A DNA stretch of 64,000 nucleotides, taken from Eledone cirrhosa. Taxonomy: Eukaryota. The notes under the pieces are model-generated. The model was not told the DNA's origin. It made no database searches and saw only the letters and a list, made by a program, of their open reading frames with translations. This document shows, piece after piece, positions 42,214 through 55,906 of this stretch. The translations under genes and the position numbers were made by a program. How positions within the stretch are numbered: position 1 is the first letter of the stretch; every line of letters starts with the position of its first letter. The stretch is from assembly GCA_964016885.1 (NCBI GenBank), contig OZ024753.1:32798001-32862000 (forward strand), in the 5' to 3' direction.

Positions 42214-43537
42214 AACAAAGTCAATCTGTAAACGCAGAACTGGATATTTCAAAAAACGTTGCAACCGGAGGAAGACAGGAAGACGATACTTTGGTTCATG
42301 GTGACGTTCGCTGGCAAAGAACGGGAAAAAACGAATAATACGTCATTAATAGGAGCGGTGAAAAACAATTACGTGCAAGGACAGAACCACGTTTATGGTA
42401 TAAAAGAGGTCGTAGACTAATGTTCTCTAAGTGGTGCATAGAGACGTTCTCTGGCAATGAACGAAAAAACGAAGATAATAAGTCATATGTGGAGCGTGGA
42501 GAACAATAGCGTGCAAAGACAAAACCACGTAAATGGTATAGCAGAAGTCGTAGACTAAAATTAAATTGCACAAAACTTTCCTGTATTACAGCCCCACGTT
42601 TTACCCTAACGGATAGCACGATCTATACGTGGATATTTACGTCTTGATGTGGGAGCTAAGTATATGTTTTGTTTATTCCTTTACTTTTTGCATAGGTAAG
42701 TATATATTACCCGTATGTTTTGTGAAGGTATGTATACCTTCTCGTACGTATATTTGACTGTTTTGGCGTATAATTTTTACATATTCTGGTATTTAGGGCT
42801 TGGTTATGTGTATATGGGAGTTTTGCGTCTGCGTGAGTATGCAGGTTCGTACGTATGGTGGGTGTGTGTATATGTGTACTTCTTGTTTTAGTTGACTTAC
42901 GTCTCCGAACCTTCATGTATTTATTTGTAGGTATGTGTGTGCGCTTGTTATATAAGTACTTATTTACTTATATACGTTTATATAATTATTTATTTATTTG
43001 TACACAAGCATACACACATGCACATATTTATATGTGCGTGGTTTTGTATACCTATGGTAAGGTTTTGCGTATGCTTGTGTATGTACGTATCTGTTTGCGT
43101 GTATGTATTTATTTGTTCCTATTACTTTTGTATTGTATTTATTTACTTTGTTCTTAACTCTGTAGCGGAGATTCATTCGGTCTCCTAGTTAGAATTTTAG
43201 TCTACGACTTCTGCTATACCATTTACGTGGTTTTGTCTTTGCACGCTATTGTTCTCCACGCTCCACATATGACTTATTATCTTCGTTTTTTCGTTCATTG
43301 CCAGAGAACGTCTCTATCACTTAGAGAACATTAGTCTACGACCTCTTTTATACCATAAACGTGGTTCTGTCCTTGCACGTAATTGTTTTTCACCGCTCCT
43401 ATTAATGACGTATTATTCGTTTTTTCCCGTTCTTTGCCAGCGAACGTCACCATGAACCAAAGTATCGTCTTCCTGTCTTCCTCCGGTTGCAACGTTTTTT
43501 GAAATATCCAGTCCTGCGTTTACAGATTGACTTTGTT

Positions 43538-43588
43538 AGTTTCAGAAGATCCCGTTAAGGGTGAAAGCAGCGATTCTTTGCTTAAACT
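43538..43588 (+). ncRNA. Type I hammerhead-ribozyme-like motif (variant core)
   Basis: Stem I AGTTT/AAACT; core CAGAAGA (canonical CUGANGA); T-CCC-GTTAA-GGG-T stem II; GAAA; stem III AGCAG/TTGCT; cleavage triplet CUU. Confidence 0.55.
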
Positions 43589-43697
43589 TTAATCTGTTAT
43601 TTTAATAAATATTTGCTCTTCGGTTCTTATATATTTGATATATATTTTCCTTATCGAGCCCTCTCTGGATTTTAGTCTTCAATTTTATTATTATTAC

Positions 43698-43738
<41 letters not shown>

Positions 43739-44267
43739 ATGTGTGTCTATTGCTCATTATCCAACAATTAAATAGCTGTATATATTTACATAATCTACCT
43801 ATTTTATCACTACATTCATTCTATTGTCTCGCAATTTTAAAGATGTTCCAAACGCCTAATGTAATTTAACGAGATGCTATCAAATAATCATCAAGTATAA
43901 AAGAATATTGAAAATCCGAACAAAGGCCTCTGCTGTCGCCCTTTAAAACTGTAGGAATATACTGACCTCTTGAAGCTACGTATTATTTCTTCTATTCAAC
44001 ATAATTCAGTGGAACAAGCATTTCTTCTGTATTAATGCTTGTTTGTTATTTTTATGCTGCTATTTGATTTAAATATTATATATCATATGAAATCGATATA
44101 GCAATCACATTCAGATATATACTTGACAAGTAGCTTTATATATTAAGGAGATCAAATTGGCATCCTATTAGCATGTTCTTTGGAAAAGAAAACAATCGGA
44201 AGTAAAAAGCATTTTAATATATATGTTATGTTTATATATATATATTCACCCAAACACATTATATATA

Positions 44268-44447
44268 TGGATTGGCAGTATTGGTAGAGGGTCGGACGCC
44301 ATACTTTGACGTATAGAGTTACGGCCCTTGCCATTCTGAGTTCAAATCCCGCCGAGGTTAACTTTGCCTTTCATCCTTACGGGGTCGATAAAATAAAGTA
44401 CCAGTAATGCACTGGTTAATTGATGGCCTTGTGCCTAACGTAGAAAC

Positions 44448-44448
<1 letters not shown>
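44268..44448 (+). mobile_element. Near full-length young SINE
   Basis: A box TGGCAGTATTGG, B box GAGTTCAAATCC, core, 3' end; attatatatat on both flanks. Confidence 0.93.
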
Positions 44449-44478
<30 letters not shown>

Positions 44479-44517
44479 CTTTTCGCTCTACATATTAAAA
44501 AAAACTCAGATTTCATT

Positions 44518-44549
<32 letters not shown>

Positions 44550-44773
44550 TATACACCCGCACATACAGATGTAAATATATATATTTATAATCCTGCAGTT
44601 TCCAATTAACTGATGATGATCCGTCTTATAGGTTTTAATGTGAATCTATTCATGTCACTTCCACACTTATAGTACTACCGTGAACTTGTTGCATTGTGTC
44701 TTCGGCAGCAAAGGACCATGTCAAAAACTCTTTATATCAAATCGTCACACACACGCATACACACACACACATA

Positions 44774-44805
<32 letters not shown>

Positions 44806-45188
44806 GCCTGTATTTGTGTGTGTTTGGGTGTACCATTATGGTACCATTATGTCTCTCTGGTACTTTCGTATTCATCAGCAATATACGATCATGACACGTC
44901 CATTCCTACATATTTTCTATCCCCCATACCTGTCACTTGACAAAAATCTCAAAAGCATCATTTCTTTAGTCTCGGTAAAAAGAACTGGTTTTTATAGAAG
45001 TCAGTAGAGTACAATTGATTAAATCGACTTTAGTCTTTGCTGCTATGTCTGAATCTCTTTCTTTTATCATATTGTTTTATTATTTCGTTCTATACACAGA
45101 TAGATAGATAGATGTGTGTGTAAAATCAATAATGTCATGTGCGTTTCTACAAAGCATCGTTTGTCATTATTATTATTACTATTATTAC

Positions 45189-45380
45189 AAGGTGGTGGAT
45201 TGGCAGTATCGGTAGAGGGTCGGACGCTATGCTTTGCAGCAAAAAAAGTTATGTCCCTTTAAGGTCTGAGTTCAAATCCCGCCGAGGTTAACTTTACCTT
45301 TCATCCTTACGGGGGTCGATAAAATAAAGTACCAGTAATACACTGGGTTAATTGCTGGCCTTGTGCCAAAAGTAGAAACA
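45189..45380 (+). mobile_element. Full-length young SINE with perfect 19-bp TSD
   Basis: A and B boxes plus core; TSD attattattactattatta at 45169-45187 and 45381-45399. Confidence 0.94.
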
Positions 45381-47337
45381 ATTATTATTACTATTATTAT
45401 TTTTTTTTTTTTTTCACTCAGTGTAGATGAATAACAACGAGAGTATTCAGTCATTTGTCAAGTCACAGCAAGGATCCCAGATAATACTATCCTTAAAATG
45501 TACACAGTGCCTAGCAAGGCTGATTTTATGCATGTTCTGTATTTATTTAAGACAATGGGAAATTGTTGGAAACTTGGCTGCTATTTCTAGCAGGTTGTGT
45601 GACAACATAATGGCCTCGTCGTTAAGCAGTTTGTGATATTTTGTTTAATGTAGTCACATCGAAGTGGTTTTAAATTTCAGTCAATCCATTATTAATCATT
45701 TATGGTTTAAAGTAACCACGTTTTTTATATCAGTTGCTCTCCTTGCGGCTATAAAACCCACGTTTTCCGTTTCCATACAAATTTTCTTCTGAACTCTGGA
45801 CGCAATTCAGCAATATAATCAATTACGTATTGAGAGGGAAAAATAAGCTTACAGTGAGGTAAAATATGCGGAGGTTTTCGATATAGTTAATGAGATGAAT
45901 ATATAAATCGAAGAGACGGGGGAAATTGTTGAAAAAAAAGAATGAGAGTCTGAGATAAACCGGAAAAGATAGATTCTGTTACAGAGTGTGAATGGCGGAG
46001 AGATAAACTTATCTTTCGTGATTTATAATTGTAAATACAGGCTTGATTTAAGAAGAATATTGTGGATTCGCTGTTGACATTGTGACCAAATATGATAAAA
46101 CATAAATGAACGATGCTACAAATATTCCATCTCTGAATAGGTTTTATATTTAGAATTATTTTCGTTTGATTCATTTCGGGGGAAAAACTTTCTTCTGATG
46201 TATTCTCTGTATTTCAAGAATTATATTTCTTTATTACACAGATGTAAGTCGCTATTGAACCACTCAGTTATAGTGAGGAAACTGTAAATTTAAGATAACT
46301 TTATATTATTATATTCATTGGAGAGAGAAGGGGGGCGTGTTGATGACGCTAGCAGAACTATAACACTTAATGTGATAGAATTAGAATTGCTTGGATAGTC
46401 AAATACTCAAATCATACATCCTGGTGTGATAAAGGGATTTCTGAAATGTTTAACACAATTGTTCCCACTTTCTACTATGACAATTATTCACTGACAGCAA
46501 TGGTACATTCCTCAACCTCAAATTAAATCGATTAACAGAGAAGGATCATAGAACTAGCAACAATTACATATACAGTAAAGACTTTAGAAGTGAAATACGA
46601 AGCTGAAGAAAATGAAATTTTTCTACAATATCTAAAATCAAACATCAACCCTAGATTATGAAACACACGAAGAATATAATGAATGAACCACGGAAAGTTG
46701 AAGAAAAATTACAGCTGATTATATATATGTATATAATATATGTGTATCATCCTGGATATTTACCAATAATCCATGTTGTCTGAGACCCAATTGGAATATC
46801 AATGTTGATACAATAATATCAGTATTTAATTTATACAATGTCTAAGAGAAGAGAATAAACATATACAATAAGAATGTCACGGTAAATGAATGTTTTGTCT
46901 TAACAGTCACGCATTGTTCTATAATATTTGAATTCCACCCAAGTCTCCATATTACTAAAGCTGATCTCACAGCTATTCAATTAAGTATAGGACGATGTTA
47001 GCTACAACTCAAGGCCAAACGCCGTTAACATATTTAACCCACATCACTATTAAAATGAATCAATGAACATTTATCATTAACTATTGAAATTATTCTCTCC
47101 TGAGAACTTCACATTTCTAAGTTATATCTCAACGGATAGTTATGTAATATCAACTCTGACCCTTTCCCACAGCTGCGTTGGATGTTTCCTTGATTGGCAT
47201 TGTGAAAGGTATCTAGATCCTCCGTTGGTTTATATATCAGTCTGGATTCAGTTTAAAACTAGTTAGACCAATACTCAACGGAGTACTCGTTACTTGGGTT
47301 AGTAGAGTATGGTTATATTATTAGTATTATACATAAT

Positions 47338-47395
<58 letters not shown>

Positions 47396-48047
47396 ATAAG
47401 AAACGGCATGTATGTCAGTTTATTGCGGAAGTGCTTTGTATCAATAGAAAACTTATATAAATGGATGAAACCGAAATTTCTGTTGGACAAATACGTGGAT
47501 CTTAGAGGCTTACAACATGTCAGGGGCAATTTTAAAACCTGGCGGAACCAATTTCCTCTGCAGATCTAAAAACAGTGAAATAGGAAACAAGAGAATAATA
47601 TTTATTTTTATTGACCTCCAAAGAATGAAATGCATTACTTGATCTCAAAGGACAGAGAGCTAGAAAGAATATCGAAATATATTCTGTTCGATGTACTAAA
47701 GACTCTGCCAATTCCACACGTCAGAAAAATTGTAGATACAATTCTGATGTTTTCCCCGCACCTTTTCGCAAGATTACATAGTCAATTATTAATAAACAGT
47801 ACGAAATGAAGATTGCTTAGACTTAAAAAATAATCTACATATGAATCTAGCCGGTAGCATTATATAATGTTGGTATATAATCATCATTATATATACACAC
47901 ATATATATATAAATATGTGTGAGTGTGTGTGTATGTGTGTGTGTGTGTGGTTGAACAATGACAACGGAATCCGAAGTTCAGTGCTGACATAGTTCATTGT
48001 TTTACAGTCGTCAAAACAAATCCGATATTAGTAATATTATAAATATA

Positions 48048-48093
<46 letters not shown>

Positions 48094-48300
48094 AAAAAAT
48101 TGATCTATATAATATTTATCTTACTGAACCAAACTGAAGATAGTATAGTCGTGGAACATGTTTCTGACATGAAATATCTTGGCTTTTAAGTAAACGTAAA
48201 GAGTTCTACTACACATTTGACGTTCAGAAATAAAGATCTGAATAGATATTTATTTCTGTTTTTCATTATCTTACAGAGCAAAATAATATATATGTACACA

Positions 48301-48348
<48 letters not shown>

Positions 48349-48369
48349 ATATATATATATATATATGTG

Positions 48370-48428
<59 letters not shown>

Positions 48429-50224
48429 ATACATACCCATCAATTAAATATCCTCATATTTTGATATCAACAACAACAATACAGCCGACGAATCTCATAA
48501 TCATATCAATAATTACATGAATTATGACATGTTTTAAACGTTTTTTTCTCTCGTTTTGAATTCAATTTATGCAGTGCCCTTCTGTGTGTTGTTATTTGCT
48601 TTCATGATATTTCAGATATTATATTGAAAGTTTATGACCTATGATGAGGAAATTACTCTTGTGATAAATATTAACGGTGAAAAATAATCAGTTTTTTTTT
48701 TCTCTTCTTAATCTAATATTTCCTATATTTACATGCTGCTATAGGAAAATTATTCATTACTTGTTTGTGTATAATACTGTGAATTAAAATACAAAAAAAA
48801 ACATTAGAGAAGGTAAAATATATTGTACTATAAATATTATAGAATTCTCATAAGAAAACATCCCTCCATATTTGATTCGGAAAGGTTAATAAAATTCTTG
48901 AAATACAGAGCACCAGATATATATGAAAAATACAAAATAAAAAAACAAACAAACACAACACTAATGCAATATGCAAAGTAAGGAAATGTTCCATTCTCGC
49001 ACAACTAAAAGAAAACTAACAAGTAAAATTAAAACAGAAAAATATATAAACGAAGCGCAAAATATTCATAGATAAATAGCTGAGAGATTAAATGGGTTTG
49101 GACACCATGTTGTATAAGTGTTTATTCTAAATTTCCATTTTTTATATATCAATATTTTTTCCTCAGATAAACATGATTATAAATTCTTTTAATTTACCGG
49201 TAGTAAATACCTTTATTATTGCTTCTTCTTTCATTCTTCTCTACTGAATTAGCCACCCACTTCCGACAATATTTAAACAAGCGAGGAAAATATTTTCTAT
49301 TCGAAGGTTCTCATATTTTTTAACCTACCTCCTTTAACTTTGATTGTATTCAGTCATAAGATTGAATTGGCTGAACCTCAAATGCATCAGGAAACAGCTG
49401 AATGAACAAAATTTGAATTCCCTTAAAACTAATTAATTTGGGTTGAAATCAAGTACGCATCAGAGCTTCTAAAGAAAACAGATTTAAGATATTTTTCATA
49501 GTTTTTTTCCTACCAAGAAATTCTGATTAGTTTTGTGTATCACACAATTGGTCGTATGTGTGTGTATGTGTGAGTGTGAGAGAGAGAGTGAGAAAGAAGA
49601 GAGAGAGAGATTTAAATTATGAATAACAATCAAACATTTATTGTTGCAGGGTACTTAATAATTCTGGAAGTAAAATCAGAATTATTATATATACTCTATT
49701 GAAAAGCATTTAGCGTTTCACCCGCAGTGCTAATTCAATACATCTTACCGGGTGAATTTGACGCTGAGGGAGAAACACAGACTCTCAGTCAATCCAATCA
49801 ATGCGTCTACGTGTATTTGTATACCTGTGTTTAAAGGGAAAGAAGACAGAGAGCGTTGAGACGGAGATCGATGGCTGTTTATTAACTATACAGTATAACT
49901 ACTTTGCGCCCATTTCTCCTTGCCATAAAATATGGGTGTAAAATATGTGTTTAAAAGAGAGAGAAGAGGAGGGAGGGAAATGGATGCCTCTATTTTTAAT
50001 TCCCGTAAAACATGGGTTACTACATTATTAGGTCTTCTCCTGAGAGCAGCAAGGCAGAACCAAGATCTCTATGTATCCAATACCAGATTACCAAATATGT
50101 TGTGCTTATGTGCTCTTTCAAGCACATTCGTATGGCGGATCAGAGCATTCGTTAGTTCTATATGTAGCTACTTTATACGTGCATATTTATGCGTCTGCTT
50201 ATATATATATAGGGCACGTAAAAT

Positions 50225-50515
50225 TCCCCGACATCCATGGACGTGTTCTCTCCAGCGGTCTCTGTCCCTCATCATCGCTGCCATCTCCTGCGTCTCCAAG
50301 AGACCAGTGTCTGTTCTGTCCTTAGAGCATCAACAAATGTCAACTTCGGTCTCCCTTTTCCAGTGTGTCAATGTATGGGGTTCCCACAGGAGCACTGGAT
50401 GCAGTGTAAACTCTGGATGTCGATGAGCATATCCAGCTAACCTCAGTCTCCTCTGTGCTACACTCGAACTGACATTTGGGAGGCTCCCGTACAGTTCTGA
50501 GTTCGTCATCCTGAA
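50225..50515 (-). mobile_element. RTE-clade LINE (second family), decayed 3' end of ORF2
   Basis: Manual translation RMTNSELYGSLPNVSSSVAQRRLRLAGYAHRHPEFTLHPVLLWEP / GKGRPKLTFVDALRT / DTGLLETQEMAAMMRDRDRWREHV matches the RTE C-terminal TN.ELYG.LP...RRLR.AGH...LW.P...GRP...D...DR..WR pattern. Confidence 0.85.
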
Positions 50516-51627
50516 TCAGTATGTATGTATGTATGTGCGGGGATGTTTAAAAACTAGTTAACATCGAAGCCTGTAGTTAAATCATTAGCTAATACTTTTT
50601 ATTCATTTCACAAGCCATTGGTGTTAAGTGTGTTTTAACTTCATCGATTGCATTACTTACCGATTATTCCCACTTCACTCTACGCGAAGAAATGTGTTGA
50701 ATGGTGGTTATTGAATTACTGCATATGTATATCACAGACCCAGCTGCAAACTAAATATCTTGATCGTGGCAGTTAATATATATTATAGTTAACCTATCTC
50801 AAATGATTTGCTGCTACTTTTGTTTGACCATAGGTCATTCTTAATGCAGTCGACCTATAGTCAAAAGCATATGATCCATGGTCATCTTAGGGCCTTTTAA
50901 GGAATATCCTGAACTGCATCACCCAATGTACCCCTCCCTTTTATATTAGTACGGCGGGCTATGATTTAAGACAAATCTGTGGTTTATGTCTAGCAGAACG
51001 AGTGACTAAGTTAAGCATCTTCGCTTGAGGAAGACGTTTTGTTTGCCAGGGAGTCTAGGTGTATATCTTTACACAGGGATTGTATGTGTGTCCGGAGGTT
51101 TAACGACTATATGACATAATCATAGCTGCTCCATAATAATTGCTATCCTATATATTAGATGTTCCTGACATTAAAATATAACAATTGTGTATTTTCATCT
51201 TCTATAAACAACTTTCAGATTACTAACTCTACGGCTATATTTATTTTTAAACCTCTTAATATAAACCTACTTTGTAATACATGCTGTATTATTACTTTCC
51301 AAAGGATACGCTTTGAGTCTATCTCGAGAGCAACAATTAGGATTCGTCTCATGTTTCTTTGAATTATCATTATCATCTTTAAGTGATTATTAATTAGACA
51401 TTGTGGAATACATTAATTTATTCCTCACGACTCTTACAACATAATTTAGAAACCCACAATCTTCTTTAATGTATGGTTAAATGTTGCTAAACAAGCTTTC
51501 ACGTGGCTTTCGGTTCCGTTGAATTTACTCAAGCTATAAAGATCATAGAGGTACGTAATATGTGTGTGTGTGTGTTTGTGAAACTAAGTAACGCAAAAAT
51601 GAATCGATGTTTAATTGTAGATACAAG

Positions 51628-51790
51628 GATGCATTCATAGCTGAGTAGGTAAGCGGTTTTCTTCGCATTTATGAGGTCCTGCGTTGGAGCCCACCAGGTA
51701 GCATAATGGGAACATGTATTTACTATAGCGCCGGGTCAGCACAATCCTTGTGAACGAAACTGGGTAGACAGAAGCTGTGTTGAAGGTCAT
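51628..51790 (+). mobile_element. Degenerate copy of a third tRNA-headed SINE family
   Basis: tagctgagtaggtaag (A-box-like)...tactatagcgccgggtc...ccttgtgaacgaaactgggtagacagaagctg; related diverged copies at ~19310-19440 and ~32095-32245. Confidence 0.5.
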
Positions 51791-54700
51791 TGGCTAGATT
51801 GCACCTTTAAATCCCACTAGTTCCACTTCCGAATTGTCTTAAGGATACACGTACAATACTGACTCACAAACGATGTAATTCGCGAGTTGTGCATTGTGTT
51901 TAACAACAGTCGAACCCGACGCTGATCTCATCAATTATAATTATACTCTCTAAGAGTATGTGTGTGTGCGTGCGCGTGCGCGTGTGCGTGTGCGTGTGCG
52001 CGCACACACACAGACAAGATGCTAATTACTGATTTCTGAACTCAACAGTAAAATAATCCAAAATATTTTTTAAAAAACAGTTATTTATGTTTTTAAATAT
52101 TTATTTAATCGTTTGATTATTTTAATATGTGTTGTTTGTTCTGCGCGATAATAAATGAAATATTTAAAGGTCAAATAAAAACAAACTGATAAAATAAATA
52201 ACTTCAGCCTAGATGTTATGTTTTCTATCTCCTCATATACTAAATTAGCAAGCTTGTTAGTTTAAACGCTGTTACCAGATGCATCTTATCACAATTTATA
52301 TTAATTTTACGCTTTAACTGCCCTGCCGTCAATAATTCACACATGACATTAATGAACCAAAGGTCAATAGACACATGAAGTATCGAAACACACTGCTGCG
52401 TTACTTTCCAAGCAGAACTGATAAAATAATTAATTAATTTGTTGTTGCCGAAAAAAAAAAAAAAAAAAAAAAAACGTGCGAACCATAATTATTGTTGAAT
52501 CAACTTGTTCCCCTCCGTCACAATTTGTTTTCTTTTTGTTATTGATTAATTTTTAAAAAATAACTATAACTGAGACTCGAACGGAAGGCTTAATGAGCAT
52601 CAGTTTCTAATCAAGCACAATGCTATTATCGATACTATTGTACTTAATGGCAGGGTGTCTCAACCCGTATCTTATAATTGAAATTTAATTAATGAACTTA
52701 TCTTTGAATTCAATCTATGTACTGTGGTTACGAACCTATTTCCTTATTGAACCGTGGTATGCGTCGTAAATATATTTCTATTTATGTGGTGTAATCATGG
52801 CTGGAGTGACTGCCCAATAAGGTTTATTAAAGGGCCTCTTAAAATGCTTGATTTGAGTAGGGAGAAAGACTCAACAGATCACACTGGAAGTTGACCTAAA
52901 TACTTGCAAAGAAGTATGTCTTAAAGGTGTCCCAAGATCAGATGAGGGTATTATACAACGAAGTACCTTCTGTCTACCACCATAGACCATCTAATTCACT
53001 TGCATTGAGCTGCTTATACTCATAACAATTGTTGAAGATGCTGCACTATCAGATAAGTAAAGAGAACCATATTGTGGCGAAGCTTCGTTTTAAGCACACA
53101 TACACACACACGTTATATATATATACATATATATATAGAGAGAGGGTTAAGCTAAGTAGTAAACCCATCTATCTTAATGTTTTCTAATACATATAACTAT
53201 TATAGGTGCTGGAGTCAATTTAATCGACTCTCCCTTCCTCCCAAAATACTGGGCTTGTATCTATGTTAGAAAGAATTATTATCATCATCATCATTATTGC
53301 TATAGTTTTCAACACGTTGACTTAGGTAACCTCTCAGACCAAGAGCTGAACCCCGTTTTATTGGTGCTTATTGACTGAGAGAGCACGATACTGGCCTAGA
53401 CAGGACACTAGTCTGTCATAGTGTTGAATTCCTGTTATTACTGGTAATCATTCTTTCCTCAACAACGTGGAATGTATCATGTACTGTCTTTTTGAGGGGG
53501 CATGAATCGAAACCAAGAATTTACGACTGTCAGCTCAATGATCTTACACGATAGAGCTTGGCGTTTTCACAATAAGTAGATCAGCAATATACTGTTGAAA
53601 GTACACAGAGACGAAGTCGATAATATTTTTGAAGGAAAAAGTCATAAACATTGTAGACTGCTCCAAATGCAAACAACTTCGTTGACATCCGGTCATAAAT
53701 ACTGACGAGGATGTAAAAGTAAATAAGTCGGACGTGAGAACAAACAACAATTACTAAACACAGACAGTAAAGTAAACAGTCAGTCAGTGAACTTCTGTCT
53801 TTATAGATGGACTACTTAATAACTCACTTAGCAGTATAAGTCCACCTGTCTATAGTGAGTGGATATGATTAAAGGTGATAGTAGAGACATAGAAAGGCTG
53901 AAGTGGAGAAATCAGTAAGAGACAGGTTGTGAGATGTGTGTTTATTATTTCAGCTATATTAAATTCTTTGTATAATTACCAGAGAAATAGGTGTTGATGA
54001 AATCTGGTGGCAAAAATTGAGGAAACCACACAAACACGTGCACTCAATATCCCTCAAACACACATGTATATGTGTGTGTGTACATGTGTGTGTGCGTACG
54101 TGTGCGTCCGTCTGAATGAGCGTGCAACCTGACTGAGTATTAATACGTTTTAAGAAAGCTGGACATTTAGATTGAAAGCTAATTAACGCGTGGGTGGTAA
54201 TAAAGCCATGGTAAAAGGGACTTGCTCAAGATGGCATGCAGCAGGCCAGAGCTCAAGATATTCTTTTGCTATTGGCCTCTAAACCACCTGGTCATGTGAG
54301 CGTGCACTGTATGTATGGATGGATGTGTTTGTGTGTGTGTATGTGTGTGTGTGTGTCTGTGTGTGTGTCTGTCTGTCTGTCTGTGTGTGTGTATGTATGG
54401 ATAGATGTGTGTAACTAGGCATGTGTGGATGTAACTAAGATCGCCAATTGCCTTCACTTAAATGTATATAGATCAAGATTAAACCAAAACCAACCGCAAA
54501 TCCAAGCAAAAGTAAACTCTGTAGCTACCATCAACCCCAATCCGCAAATCCACATGGCTCAGGGAAAAGCTTTATCACTCATATCTTTCTAACTATGTCT
54601 CTATCCCTGATAAACCAACCCCGACCTGCACCATTTATTGTATGCATGTGTGAACGTAATGAGATTCATGTTGATACTTTTTCTGATTATTATCTTCTGT

Positions 54701-55504
54701 ATCTAAATAGTTATACTGGCTCTACACTGCTAACAAAATAGGGAAATGAAAGTTGACCTAATTCTTCAATTTAACTATATCGATTGCTGAAGTTTGTAGG
54801 GATATTATTGGTTGCGGATTATTGGATAAAATCAATTGCATTTCTCTGCTCTTTTATATATATTCCATCATGTTTGAAATATTAAATTTCACACCGATTC
54901 TTCTTACAAATGCATAGATTGGAAGCTTTAAAGAAGGTGAAGTATGTATAGTACGGTATTCATGACTAAAATGTTTGCGAGCAAGGTATAAGAATGAAAC
55001 AGAATATATTCCCACCCATTTCTATCATATTCGCAACCAATATTTCCAAACGCTATTCGATCTACACCAATGTGTTTTTATAAGTTATGAAATTGGGCTA
55101 AATGCCAATATATTCTCGGCGTTGATAATGCTTGGTCTCCAGATCTCTGAACATTACACACATAAATCCATAATCTGCTATCATACTGAAGTCGTTTTTA
55201 GATACATCTCTCAATTTGAGATGAGAAATCAGGCGTTTAGAAGAAATTGATGTATTGCAACAGATGTGTAGAAAACTATTCACTCAAACCCTAAATAATT
55301 CTGAGAGTTATAATTTAAATAAAGAATAAAGCACATCGGTTAAACCAAAGACTCTGCAATCATATATCTATGTTCACAGATATCAATAAAATACATCGTA
55401 TTAGTCCACCATGCTGTATAAAATAACGCTTCGGAATGAATATATATATATATAAATAAGAGAGAGAGAGAGAAAGAGACAGAGAGAGAGATGGAGAGAG
55501 ACTC

Positions 55505-55652
55505 TATAGGCGAGTGCTGAGAGCGTATGATAGAATGCTTTGCGATATTCGTTCTGGCTTTGTGTGGCTCTGATTTCAAATCCCTCTGAGGTCAACTTTG
55601 CTTTTCATCCTTCGTCATTAATAAAAAAAAGTACCAGTCCATTACTAGGACC
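55505..55652 (+). mobile_element. Older SINE copy
   Basis: ctgatttcaaatccctctgaggtcaactttgcttttcatccttcg...aaagtaccagt. Confidence 0.75.
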
Positions 55653-55821
55653 AAATTTCCTTTATATTTCTTTCTCACTTCCTTTCTAATACTATATCCT
55701 TCTCAGGAAGAAATCGGTTGTGTTCAGACATTGAGAGAGATGGACTCCACCAGACTTAACATTCCAGAAAACTACCTTAAATCACTACGGCACCTCTACG
55801 ACTTCAGCAAGGGTTACGAGA

Positions 55822-55861
<40 letters not shown>

Positions 55862-55906
55862 GGGTGGGGGGCGTCTCTCTCCCGCTGTATGTATATGTAT
55901 ATATAT

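Larger units (their letters stand above)
42139..43699 (+). mobile_element. Penelope-like (pseudo-LTR) family 1 element: ~420-bp inverted arms, 630-bp spacer, ~85-bp 3' tail
   Basis: 42139-42562 is the reverse complement of 43193-43612; by eye I see one substitution and a 4-bp indel. Each arm has a hammerhead-like fold and AATAAA, and both ends abut (TA)n. The Penelope-like (PLE) assignment is inferred from architecture; there is no ORF. Confidence 0.7.

Noticed and set aside
44268-44355. A and B boxes as a tRNA gene
   Set aside because: No cloverleaf; it continues into the SINE core and is multicopy with TSDs.
55796-55820. Minus-strand aacccTTGCTGAagtcg as the missing 5' half of the family 2 hammerhead
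   Set aside because: Two core mismatches, no stem II complementarity, and it lies on the wrong side.
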